DNA from: Gaiellaceae bacterium
GTDB lineage: Bacteria > Actinomycetota > Thermoleophilia > Gaiellales > Gaiellaceae
Direction of reading: 5' to 3'
NCBI GenBank assembly: GCA_033856995.1
Contig: JAWVDY010000138.1
Span: 1-39,285 of the forward strand
DNA length: 39,285 nt
This document shows positions 1-8,028 of the stretch, in pieces. A model generated the notes under the pieces. That model was not told where the DNA came from, did no database searches, and saw only the letters and a list, made by a program, of their open reading frames with translations. The translations under genes and the position numbers were made by a program. Numbering within the stretch: position 1 is the first letter of the stretch; each line of letters opens with the position of its first letter.

Positions 1-335
1 ACAACATACTCGAGCGGCACGACGGCATCGGCGCCCTCCGGCACGACGCCTCCGGTGGAGATCGCCATTGCCTCCCCGGCGGCAAGCGCACGCTCGGCCG
101 GGAGGCCCGCAGCGATCTGCGCAACGACGGGAAGCCGCCCCGGGAGGTCGGCCGCACGCACGGCATAGCCGTCCATCGCCGAGCTCGGGAACGGCGGCAG
201 GTCGACCACGGCGCGCGCAGCCTCCGCGAGCACCCGCCCCGCCGCGTGCTCAAGCGGAACAGGCTCGGGCGGCAGCGGCTGCACCCGCTCGAGCACGAGG
301 CGCTGCGCCTCTTCGATCGACAGAAGCTCGGCCAC
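1..335 (-). CDS. moeA: Molybdopterin molybdenumtransferase MoeA, N-terminal fragment running off the left edge
   Basis: Absent from the ORF track because there is no stop codon in the window. Reverse-strand translation from GTG at 335 gives VAELLSIEEAQRLVLERVQPLPPEPVPLEHAAGRVLAEAARAVVDLPPFPSSAMDGYAVRAADLPGRLPVVAQIAAGLPAERALAAGEAMAISTGGVVPEGADAVVPLEYV. This is the typical MoeA N-terminal signature (PPF.SSAMDGYAV ... ISTGG.P.GADAVV). Confidence 0.75.
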   Translation of the reverse strand, partial: MAELLSIEEAQRLVLERVQPLPPEPVPLEHAAGRVLAEAARAVVDLPPFPSSAMDGYAVRAADLPGRLPVVAQIAAGLPAERALAAGEAMAISTGGVVPEGADAVVPLEYV

Positions 336-363
336 GACCGCCGCATACCGTACGCGCGGCGGA

Positions 364-369
364 TAGGCT
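364..369 (+). promoter_or_regulatory. Candidate -10 hexamer TAGGCT, 8 nt upstream of GTG 378 (leaderless-type geometry)
   Basis: TAGGCT fits the actinobacterial TAnnnT -10 pattern. It lies inside a 10-mer GGATAGGCTC that recurs exactly at 1365-1374. No Shine-Dalgarno sequence lies between it and the GTG. Confidence 0.3.
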
Positions 370-377
370 CAGCCGCC

Positions 378-1316
378 GTGATCTCGGTCGTCGTCCCCGT
401 TCACGACGAGGAGCGGACGGTGGCGCTCCTCTACGACGAGCTGGAGTCGGCGCTCCAGCCGCTCGGCGAGCCCTGGGAAGCCGTCTTCGTCGACGACGGG
501 TCGACGGACGGCTCGTTCGCCGCGCTGACGCGCCTCCACAGCGCGCAGGACAACGTCCGCGTCGTCCGCCTGCGCAAGAACTTCGGCAAGGCGGCGGCGC
601 TGGGCGCGGGATTCGCACACGCCGAAGGCGACGTGGTCGTGACGATCGACGCCGACCTCCAGGACGACCCCGCGGAGATTCCGCGGCTGCTCGCGAAGCT
701 CGACGAGGGCTTCGACCTCGTCAGCGGATGGAAGACCCACCGCCGCGATCCATTGACGCGCCGCGTCCCCTCGAAGATCTTCAACTGGGTGACGGGCCGC
801 GTCTCAGGCCTGCGCCTGCACGACCTCAACTGCGGCCTGAAGGCCTATCGCGCGGAGGTCGTCCGCGGCCTGCGGCTCTACGGCGAGTTGCACCGGTTCA
901 TCCCGGTCCTGGCGCATTACCGTGGCCATCGGGTCGCCGAGCTTCCCGTCAACCACCGGCCGCGGGAGCACGGCCACTCTCGCTACGGCGTCGAGCGCTA
1001 CGTGCGCGGGTTCCTCGACCTCCTGACCGTCTCGTTCATCGGCCGCTATCGCTACCGCCCGCTGCATCTCTTCGGCGGGCTCGGGCTGCTCCTCGGCGCG
1101 AGCGGGTTCGCGGTGCTGCTCTACCTCACGGCGGTGAAGCTCACCGGCCACGCGATCGGGCAGCGGCCGTTGCTGATCCTCGGCGTTCTGCTGATGGTGG
1201 TCGGGCTCCAGTTCTTCTCGCTCGGCCTGATCAGCGAACTGATCACTAGCCAGCACGAGGAGCGAGCCGGAGCGTTGGAACGCACGGAGCTCCATGTCGA
1301 AGACGTTCTCTCGTAG
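378..1316 (+). CDS. GT2-family polyprenol-phosphate glycosyltransferase (Dpm1/GtrB/ArnC-like) with C-terminal membrane anchor
   Basis: ISVVVPVHDEE...VFVDDGSTDGS...VVTIDADLQDDP (DxD)...SGWK..R.D...R...SK, followed by two C-terminal TM helices (LHLFGGLGLLLGASGFAVLLYL, LLILGVLLMVVGLQFFSLGLI). The track ORF starts at 246, but that extension is Arg-rich and overlaps moeA. In-frame GTG 378 starts directly at the conserved fold. Confidence 0.85.
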   Translation: MISVVVPVHDEERTVALLYDELESALQPLGEPWEAVFVDDGSTDGSFAALTRLHSAQDNVRVVRLRKNFGKAAALGAGFAHAEGDVVVTIDADLQDDPAEIPRLLAKLDEGFDLVSGWKTHRRDPLTRRVPSKIFNWVTGRVSGLRLHDLNCGLKAYRAEVVRGLRLYGELHRFIPVLAHYRGHRVAELPVNHRPREHGHSRYGVERYVRGFLDLLTVSFIGRYRYRPLHLFGGLGLLLGASGFAVLLYLTAVKLTGHAIGQRPLLILGVLLMVVGLQFFSLGLISELITSQHEERAGALERTELHVEDVLS

Positions 1317-1318
1317 AA

Positions 1319-1361
1319 GGCACAGATTCGGCACAGAGGCGTCACACATGGGTGCGTCACA
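1319..1361. repeat. Intergenic array of short direct repeats: GGCACAGA x2 (1319, 1330) and GCGTCACA x2 (1339, 1354)
   Basis: Read directly: aaGGCACAGAttcGGCACAGAgGCGTCACAcatgggtGCGTCACAgc. The CACA(G/C) core starts at 1321, 1332, 1343 and 1358, giving spacings of 11, 11 and 15 bp. Confidence 0.6.
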
Positions 1362-1436
1362 GCGGGATAGGCTCGCAGTGGGGAGGAGGCCGGGTGCGCC
1401 TGAACCAGGGGCGGCAGCAGAATCGGCCGGAAGCTG

Positions 1437-2513
1437 ATGCGCGTCCTCTACTTCGGCACCTACGAGCGCGACTACCCGCGGAACGCGCAGGTGATCTCGT
1501 GCCTGCGGAGTGCCGGGGTCGATGTCCACGAGCGGCACGTGCCGGTGTGGGACGGGCGACGCGATAGCTGGCGCGCCGGAGCGGGGGCGGCAGCGCGCCT
1601 CGCGCTGGCGGAGCTGCGGCTGCTGCGACGGCCCTCCGAGGGCTTCGACGCGCTGATCGTCGGCTACCCGGGCCATTTCGATCTGCCGGCAGCGCGGCGG
1701 GCCGCGGCGGGGCGGCCGGTCGTCTTCAACCCGCTCGTGTCGCTCTCGGACACATTCGTCGCCGACCGCGCGCGGTTCCAGCCCGGGTCGGGCGCGGCCC
1801 GTGCGCTCGTGGCGGCCGACCGGCGGGCCCTGCGGGCGGCCAACCTCGTCGTCGCCGACACGCGCGCCAACGCCGACCACCTCGCGCACCTCGGCGGGCT
1901 GCCGCCCGAGCGCGTCGAGGTCGCGTTCGTCGGCGCAGAGGAGCGGGTCTTCGAGCCCGGCTGGTCGCCGGCCGAGCCGTTCACGGTCCTCTTCGTCGGC
2001 AAGCTGATCCCGCTGCACGGGCTCGAGACGGTGCTCGCCGCCGCGCGTGCGGCTCCCGAACTGCACTTCCGTCTCGTCGGGAGCGGCCAGCTCCAGCGCC
2101 TCGTCGAGCAGCGGCCCGGTAACGTCGAATGGGTCACGTGGGTCGAGTACGAGCGGCTTTCCGCCGAGCTGCACCGCGCCGGCTGCGCGCTCGGGATCTT
2201 CGGCACCTCCGCGAAGGCGCAGCGCGTGATCCCGAACAAGGCGTTCCAGGCCCTCGCGTGCGGCACACCGCTCGTCACGGCCGACACTCCGGCTGCGCGC
2301 GAGCTGCTCGTCGACGGCGAGAGCGCCCTGCTCGTTCCGCCCGGCGACGCCGTCTCGCTGGCCGCCGCCCTGCGACGGCTCGCCGGCGACCCCGCCCTCG
2401 CGCAGGCACTCGCCTGCGGCGGGCGGGCCGTCTATGAGCAGCGCGCGAGCGAGGAGGTCCTCGGTCGCCGCTGGCGCGAGCTGCTCGAGGGAGAGGTGGC
2501 ACGAGCGGCGTGA
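1437..2513 (+). CDS. GT4 (group 1) glycosyltransferase
   Basis: N-terminus MRVLYFGTYERDYPRN is typical of GT-B GT4 enzymes. The C-terminal half carries the GT1 motif region (FVGKLIPLHGLETVL ... PNKAFQALACGTPLVTADTPAARELLVDGESALLVPPGD). High GC3. Confidence 0.8.
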   Translation: MRVLYFGTYERDYPRNAQVISCLRSAGVDVHERHVPVWDGRRDSWRAGAGAAARLALAELRLLRRPSEGFDALIVGYPGHFDLPAARRAAAGRPVVFNPLVSLSDTFVADRARFQPGSGAARALVAADRRALRAANLVVADTRANADHLAHLGGLPPERVEVAFVGAEERVFEPGWSPAEPFTVLFVGKLIPLHGLETVLAAARAAPELHFRLVGSGQLQRLVEQRPGNVEWVTWVEYERLSAELHRAGCALGIFGTSAKAQRVIPNKAFQALACGTPLVTADTPAARELLVDGESALLVPPGDAVSLAAALRRLAGDPALAQALACGGRAVYEQRASEEVLGRRWRELLEGEVARAA

Positions 2514-3955
2514 CGCTCCGAACCTCGGCTCCCCGCGCGCTCCTCTGGACCGCGATCGCCGCGTACGCCGCGGGTTTCTCCGCGCTGTCGGTCCTGAGGC
2601 ACCGCGCCTTCGCGACTGGGCGATTCGACCTCGGGAACATGGTTCAGGCCGTGTGGTCGACGACGCACGGGCACCCGCTGCAGATCACCGCGCTCCGCGG
2701 CGACCAGATCTCGCGGCTCGGCGCGCACTTCGACCCGATTCTCGCCGCGTTCGCGCCGCTCTGGCTGGTCTGGCCGAGCCCCGACATGCTGCTCGTCGCG
2801 CAGGCGGTGGCCATCGCACTCGGCGCGCTGCCCGTCTACCGGCTCGCGCGGAAGCACCTCGGCTCGGACGGGGCCGGCCTCGGCTTCGCGCTCGCCTACC
2901 TCGTCTATCCGCCCACGCAGTGGCTGACGCTGAACGAGTTCCACCCGGTCGCGCTCGCCTGCCCCCTGCTCCTGTTTGCGATCTGGTTCCTCGACGAGGG
3001 CCGGTTGCTGCCGTTCGCCGCCTGCGCCGTACTCGCCGCGACGACGAAAGAGGAGATCGCGCTCGTCGTGGCGGGCCTCGGCGTCTGGTACGCGTTCGCC
3101 CACGGACGCCGGCTCGCCGGCGCCGCCGTCGCCGTGGCGGGCTTCGCGGTCGGGCTGCTCGTGATCGAGCTCGTGATCCCGCACTTCAACCGCGCCGGCA
3201 CCTCGAGCTTCTTCACGCGCTACAGCCAGGTGGGAAGCACACCGGGCGGCATCGTGCACACGGCGCTCACGCATCCGGGGAAGATCGTGACGACAGCGCT
3301 CACCCAACGCGGCCTCGGCTACCTCACGCGGCTCGCTTTGCCGCTCGGACTGCTGGTGCTGGTCGCGCCGCTTGCGCTCATCGCCGCGCTTCCGGAGCTC
3401 GCACTGAACCTGCTCTCCGCGGCAAGCCCGCAGACCTCGATCCGCTTCCACTACACCGCGGGCCTGATCCCGGTCCTGGTCGCGGCGGCGGTCTTCGGCG
3501 CAGCCCGGCTCGGGCGTCTCCGGCCCGGGGCGCCGATCGCCGCCATCGCAGTGGTGGTCGCGGTCGTCTCGAACTACCTCCTCGGCCCCGTGCCGATCTG
3601 GCGCTACTTCCCCGGGGCCGAGCAGGTGCAGGCACACGCGGCCGAGGTGAGCGAGCACGACCGGATCGCGGCGCGGGCGCTGCGGCTGATTCCGCGAGAC
3701 GCCGTCGTCAGCGCGACGAACTCGCTCGGCGCGCACCTCTCCGCGCGCCGGTGGATCCTCAGCTTCCCGTACCTGCAGGACGCGCAGTGGGTGGCCGCCG
3801 ACGAGACCGCGCCGGGCTATGCCGACCGGCTCGCGCCCTTGCCGACGGCGGTCCAGCTTTCCTGGCTCCGTGCCAACCCTGAGTGGCGGCTCGTATTCGA
3901 GCGTGACGGGATCCTGATCTTCCAGCGGGCGAGCGCGGCGACGAGCACGAGGTAG
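2510..3955 (+). CDS. DUF2079 family polytopic membrane protein (GT-C-like)
   Basis: RFDLGNMVQAVWSTTHGHPL...GAHFDPILAAFAPLW matches the DUF2079 N-terminal signature, and the protein has many TM helices. The GTG start overlaps the GT4 stop (GTGA at 2510-2513). Confidence 0.75.
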   Translation: MTLRTSAPRALLWTAIAAYAAGFSALSVLRHRAFATGRFDLGNMVQAVWSTTHGHPLQITALRGDQISRLGAHFDPILAAFAPLWLVWPSPDMLLVAQAVAIALGALPVYRLARKHLGSDGAGLGFALAYLVYPPTQWLTLNEFHPVALACPLLLFAIWFLDEGRLLPFAACAVLAATTKEEIALVVAGLGVWYAFAHGRRLAGAAVAVAGFAVGLLVIELVIPHFNRAGTSSFFTRYSQVGSTPGGIVHTALTHPGKIVTTALTQRGLGYLTRLALPLGLLVLVAPLALIAALPELALNLLSAASPQTSIRFHYTAGLIPVLVAAAVFGAARLGRLRPGAPIAAIAVVVAVVSNYLLGPVPIWRYFPGAEQVQAHAAEVSEHDRIAARALRLIPRDAVVSATNSLGAHLSARRWILSFPYLQDAQWVAADETAPGYADRLAPLPTAVQLSWLRANPEWRLVFERDGILIFQRASAATSTR

Positions 3956-5088
3956 AGCGCGACCACCACGAGGTCGCGCGCCAGCAGCAGCCACACCGGC
4001 CACTCGAGCCGGAAGAGAGCACCGTAGTGGAAGAACCACACCTGCGCGAGAACGAGAGCGACTGCGGCCAACCCGATCGCGATCGCGCCGCCCCCTGCGA
4101 CGACGAGCGGAAGCAGCCAGACGAGGTACTGCGGCGAGAAGACCTTCGTGCACGCGAGGAAGCCCGCGACCGCGGCCGCGCATGCGAGCGGGAGCCGGCC
4201 TCGCAGGTCGCTCGAGCGCGCGTACAGCCACCAGACCGCCACGACCGCCAGCGCTTCGAGCACGAGCAGCGTCGCGGCGACGGCGTCTGCGACGCCTCCG
4301 GCCAGGTTGCGCCCGGCCACGCCCGTCGTCTCCACGACGCGCGCGTGGTAGAGGCCGAGCCGGTCGAGCGCGAGCAACACCGCTGCGCCCATGCTCTCGA
4401 CCTGGAGCCCGCGGGCGGCCTGCGAGCGGAAGCTCTCGAACACGCCGTGCGGCGCATAGGCCGCGAACGGCGCGATCACCGCCGCGGCCACGGCCAACAG
4501 CACCGCCAGTGCGACCGCGGCCCGGCGTGGCCCTGCGCGCCGCCACACGAAACAGGCAGCGAGCGGCACGAGCACGAGCGGGTAGACCTTCGCGCTCACG
4601 GCGAGCCCGAGCACGGCGAACCCCGCGAGGTCGCGGCTGCGCAGGAGCAGCCAGAGCGCCAGCACGGTGAGCAGCGCGGGCCAGGCGTCGTAGGTGTTCA
4701 GCGAGATCGGGCCGAGTGCGACCGGCGAGAGCGCAAGCAGCGCCACAGCGCTTGCGATCCGCCCCCGAGAGGCTCCGAGCTCCGCCAGCACGAGCGCGAC
4801 GAGCACGAGCGTCGCGATTCCGCACGCCGCCATGAGCGTCTTGAAGGCCGCGTTGTAGTGCGACGCCCCCAATGCGGTCGGCGGAAGGAAGACGGCGAAC
4901 GCGCCCGGCGGGTACTCGACGAACACGTCGCGATAGGGCAGCGCACCGTGCAGCAGTTGCTCCGCATAGCCCTGGTAGACGTGGACATCGCGAAACCGCG
5001 CCGCGCGGAACAGCCCCCCGTCCGGGACGGCACAGGCGGCGACGTAGACAGGGATCGCGACGAGCGCGGCGCGCAGCGCCGGTCGCAC
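3817..5088 (-). CDS. DUF2029/GT87-like polytopic membrane glycosyltransferase (PimE-like GT-C)
   Basis: N-terminal loop FRDVHVYQGYAEQLLHGALPYRDVFVEYPPGAFAVFLPP resembles the D..VY...G..PY....YPP motif of GT87/DUF2029, followed by more than 9 TM helices. The GTG start at 5088 is 1 nt after the PBP stop codon. Confidence 0.65.
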   Translation of the reverse strand: MRPALRAALVAIPVYVAACAVPDGGLFRAARFRDVHVYQGYAEQLLHGALPYRDVFVEYPPGAFAVFLPPTALGASHYNAAFKTLMAACGIATLVLVALVLAELGASRGRIASAVALLALSPVALGPISLNTYDAWPALLTVLALWLLLRSRDLAGFAVLGLAVSAKVYPLVLVPLAACFVWRRAGPRRAAVALAVLLAVAAAVIAPFAAYAPHGVFESFRSQAARGLQVESMGAAVLLALDRLGLYHARVVETTGVAGRNLAGGVADAVAATLLVLEALAVVAVWWLYARSSDLRGRLPLACAAAVAGFLACTKVFSPQYLVWLLPLVVAGGGAIAIGLAAVALVLAQVWFFHYGALFRLEWPVWLLLARDLVVVALYLVLVAALARWKIRIPSRSNTSRHSGLARSQESWTAVGKGASRSA

Positions 5089-5089
5089 G

Positions 5090-7300
5090 CTACGGACCTG
5101 GAGGCGGTGGAGGCGACGGCGGGGGTGGAGACGGCGGCGGGGGAGGCGGAGGCACCGGCGGAGGCGGGGGAGCGGGCGGCGCGGTCGTCACGGTCCTCGC
5201 AGTGGTCGTCGGTACCGTCCTAGCCGAGGTCGTCGTTGTCGTGCCGGTCTTCGCCGTCGTGCCGCTAGTACCCGTCGGCGTGTACGTGGTGGTCGGGGTG
5301 AAGCTCGAGCCGTACTGGCCCTGCGTCCACGGCTGCCAGACGACGGGTTGGCGCGGCAACTGCCAGTTCAGCGCGGGCGCCTTCGCCAGCGCGGTCTCCA
5401 TGAAGAGCTTCCAGATCGTGGCCGGGAACGTGCCGCCCTGAACCGAGCTCCCATGAACGTTCTCCATCGGGATCTCGCCCTGGGGATAACCAACCCAAAC
5501 GGTGGTCTGGAGCTGTGGCACGAAGCCGGAGAACCAGGCGTCGGCGTGGTTGTCGGTCGTGCCGGTCTTGCCCGCCGCGGGCCGGCCGAAATACGCGCCG
5601 ACGCCGGTGCCGCCGAGCACGTTCTGCTCCAGGATCCGGGTCACCTCGTAGGCCACGCCGTCGGTGATCACGCGGTTGCGCTGCGGCTGCCCCCAGCCGG
5701 CGTCGGTGTCCTCGCGCCCGTTCGCGAGCACGACCTTCCTGATCGCCATCGGCTTCGAGTAGATGCCGCCGGCCGCGATCGTCGCGTAGGCGGAGGCCTC
5801 CTCCAGCGGCGAGATCGCATCGGCGCCGAGGCCCATCGCGGGCACGACGTCGAGGGGGGTGCGGATGCCGAGCTTGTGCGCCATCTCGGCGACCTTGTCG
5901 GGCCCGACGTCAAGGGTCAGCTGCGCGTAGACCGTGTTGTCGGAGGCGAGGGTCGCGTTCGTGACCGAGACGGAGCCCAAGTACGAGTGGTCGTAGGTCT
6001 GCACGTCCCAGGCCGGCGTGTACGGATCGGGCTGATAGTGGAACGGGGCGGACGTGTAGTACGTGGTGCTCGGATTCATGCCCTGCTCGATCGCCGCGGC
6101 CAGGACGAAGGTCTTGAACGTCGAGCCGGGCTGCCGCCTTGCCTGCGCGACGAGGTTGAATTGATTGGCAGTGCTGCCGGGCGTGACCGCCGTCATCGCG
6201 CGGATCGCGCCGTTCGCCGGGTTGATCGAGACGACCGCGGCCGCCGGGTCGTTGCGGAGGTAGAGCGTGTCGGTGATTGCCTTGCGAGCGGCGACCTGGA
6301 GCCGCGGATTGATCGTCGTGTAGACGCGCAGCCCACCGGTGCGAACGGTGTTGGCGCCGTACTCGGCGATCAGCTGGTCGCGGACGTAGCTGAAGAAGTA
6401 CGGCTCGCGGATGCGCGTGTAGAGCCTGCCCGGCTTCAGCTTGAGGTTCCGCTGCGAGACCGCCTTCTCGTAGCGTGCCTCGTTGATGGCGCCATAGTCG
6501 CGCATCGCGCGCAGCACCTGGTCGCGCCGCTCGATCGCTGCCGCGGGCCGGTGCAGCGGGTCGTAGACCGACGGAGCCTGCGGCAACCCGGCCAGGAGCG
6601 CCGCCTCGACTAGCGTCAGGTCGCGCGCATGCTTGGAGAAGTACGTCTGGGAAGCGGCCTCGATCCCGTACGCGTGGTTGCCGTAGTAGACCTGGTTCAT
6701 GTACTGGCCGAGGATCCAGTCCTTCGAGCGCGCGCGAGAGAGCTTGATCGCCAGGCAGGCCTCCTTCAGCTTCCGCTTCAGGGTCCGCTCCTTCGAGATG
6801 TAGAGGTTGCGAACCAGCTGCTGCGTGATCGTCGAGCCGCCCTGCACGACGTGGCCCGCACGGAGGTCCTTCCAGGCCGCGCGCGCGATGCCCTCGTAAT
6901 CGACCCCGCCGTGCTGGTAGAAGCGGTGGTCCTCGATCGCCACCGTTGCCTTGCTCATCCACGGGCTGACCCGCCAGAGCGCGATCGGGGTGCGGTTGCG
7001 CTCGGCCGGAATCGAGCCGAGCAGCGAGCCGTTGGCGGCGAAGACGAACGAGTTCTCGCCGATCTGCACGGCCTTCAAGTCCTTGAGCGTGCAGTCGGAG
7101 CGGAACCTCGCGACCGCGCCCACGCCGGAGGCGATCACCGCCAGCACGACGATCAGCAGCGTCGCGAAGATCAGCGTCGCCCGCCGCTTGCGCTTGCCCT
7201 TGCCGTTGGCGCGCCGGCGGCGGCTGCGGCGGAAGACATGGTCGAAGTCGTCGTCGGTCTGGCGGCCGCGTCCGCGAGGCGGGGGCGGCGGGGGGGTCAC
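5090..7300 (-). CDS. Class A penicillin-binding protein (GT51 transglycosylase + transpeptidase) with Thr-rich and poly-Pro C-terminal tail
   Basis: The GT51 motifs are present: AIEDHRFYQHGGVDYEGIARA...GGSTITQQLVRNLY...RKLKEA. The transpeptidase motifs are also present: STFKTF, SDN, KTGTT. The C-terminus is ...TGTTTTTSARTVPTTTARTVTTAPPAPPPPPVPPPPPPPSPPPPSPPPPPGP. Confidence 0.9.
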   Translation of the reverse strand: MTPPPPPPRGRGRQTDDDFDHVFRRSRRRRANGKGKRKRRATLIFATLLIVVLAVIASGVGAVARFRSDCTLKDLKAVQIGENSFVFAANGSLLGSIPAERNRTPIALWRVSPWMSKATVAIEDHRFYQHGGVDYEGIARAAWKDLRAGHVVQGGSTITQQLVRNLYISKERTLKRKLKEACLAIKLSRARSKDWILGQYMNQVYYGNHAYGIEAASQTYFSKHARDLTLVEAALLAGLPQAPSVYDPLHRPAAAIERRDQVLRAMRDYGAINEARYEKAVSQRNLKLKPGRLYTRIREPYFFSYVRDQLIAEYGANTVRTGGLRVYTTINPRLQVAARKAITDTLYLRNDPAAAVVSINPANGAIRAMTAVTPGSTANQFNLVAQARRQPGSTFKTFVLAAAIEQGMNPSTTYYTSAPFHYQPDPYTPAWDVQTYDHSYLGSVSVTNATLASDNTVYAQLTLDVGPDKVAEMAHKLGIRTPLDVVPAMGLGADAISPLEEASAYATIAAGGIYSKPMAIRKVVLANGREDTDAGWGQPQRNRVITDGVAYEVTRILEQNVLGGTGVGAYFGRPAAGKTGTTDNHADAWFSGFVPQLQTTVWVGYPQGEIPMENVHGSSVQGGTFPATIWKLFMETALAKAPALNWQLPRQPVVWQPWTQGQYGSSFTPTTTYTPTGTSGTTAKTGTTTTTSARTVPTTTARTVTTAPPAPPPPPVPPPPPPPSPPPPSPPPPPGP

Positions 7301-8019
7301 GCGAAGACCCCGGCCTCTCGCAGGCGGGCGTGCGAGCGAAGGCGGAGCTCGTTCTCGAGCCGCTGCGCGCTCGGCTCATCCGGCGCCCAGACCCGCAGAC
7401 GCAGGCCCACGTGGTCGGCGAGCTCGATCACGTCCACCTCGGCGCGCTCGTCCTGCGCCGCCTCGCGCAGAAGCGTGCGAGCGGCTTCGAGATCGGTGTC
7501 GAGAGGAACCTGGACGGTCACTTGCGCGAGCTTCTTCCGGCTGCGGATGGACGAGTTGCGGATGGTATCCGAGGCGATCTTCTCGTTCGGCACGACGAGG
7601 CGGTCGTTGTCGTCGATGCGAATGAACGTGTAGGTGAGGCCGATCTCCTCGACAACCCCGGTGAAACCCTCGGTCTCGACGTAGTCGCCGAGCCGGATCG
7701 GCTGCGAGATCGCGATCAGCAGGCCGGCGATGAAGTTCCCGATCGTCCGCTGGGCTGCGAAGCCGACGACGATCCCGATCACGGCCGACGAGGCGAGGAT
7801 CCCGGTCGCGACCGCGCGCACCTGCGGGATCACGAGCAGCGCTGACAGCAGACCGACGAAGACGATCAGCGTGAGCACACTGCGGCGCAGCACGCGGTAG
7901 CGCGTCGCGGTCGCGGCGGCGAGGTCGCGGCGGGCTAGCCTCCGGTCGACGATCCGCGCGACGACCAGGGTGACGAGCAGGACCGCGCCGAACACAGTCA
8001 GGCGGTGCCAGAGCGGCAT
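7297..8019 (-). CDS. Small-conductance mechanosensitive channel (MscS family)
   Basis: There are three TM helices followed by IGNFIAGLLIAISQPIRLGDYVETEGFTGVVEEIGLTYTFIRIDDNDRLVVPNEKI. Its stop overlaps the PBP start (GTGA at 7297-7300). Confidence 0.85.
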   Translation of the reverse strand: MPLWHRLTVFGAVLLVTLVVARIVDRRLARRDLAAATATRYRVLRRSVLTLIVFVGLLSALLVIPQVRAVATGILASSAVIGIVVGFAAQRTIGNFIAGLLIAISQPIRLGDYVETEGFTGVVEEIGLTYTFIRIDDNDRLVVPNEKIASDTIRNSSIRSRKKLAQVTVQVPLDTDLEAARTLLREAAQDERAEVDVIELADHVGLRLRVWAPDEPSAQRLENELRLRSHARLREAGVFA

Positions 8020-8028
8020 GGCGATGGG

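Noticed and set aside
1378-1567. Possible uORFs upstream of the GT4 gene: a 19-codon GTG 1378 ORF ending TGATG at 1435-1439, and a GTG 1394 ORF preceded by GGGAGGAGG
   Set aside because: The GTG 1394 ORF continues 130 nt into the GT4 gene in another frame with an Arg-rich translation. The 19-codon ORF has no support beyond geometry, and its -10 to start spacing is only 4 nt. The purine tract is noted under the repeat finding instead.
2432-4825. 797-aa minus-strand ORF, and similar long ORFs at 68..1249, 804..2174, 2434..3882, 4027..5223, 5348..6613, 5910..7379, 6629..7633, 9482..10546 and 16245..17624
   Set aside because: Their translations are dominated by Arg, Pro, Ala and Gly with no recognisable domains. 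They lie out of frame or antisense to genes with clear family signatures. These are the typical stop-codon-poor shadow ORFs of a high-GC genome.
5093-5230. GGN/GGC-rich repetitive DNA that superficially resembles a tandem repeat or spacer array
   Set aside because: It is the reverse complement of the poly-proline and Thr-rich C-terminal coding region of the PBP. It is in frame and terminated by a stop codon, so it is not a non-coding repeat or a CRISPR array.
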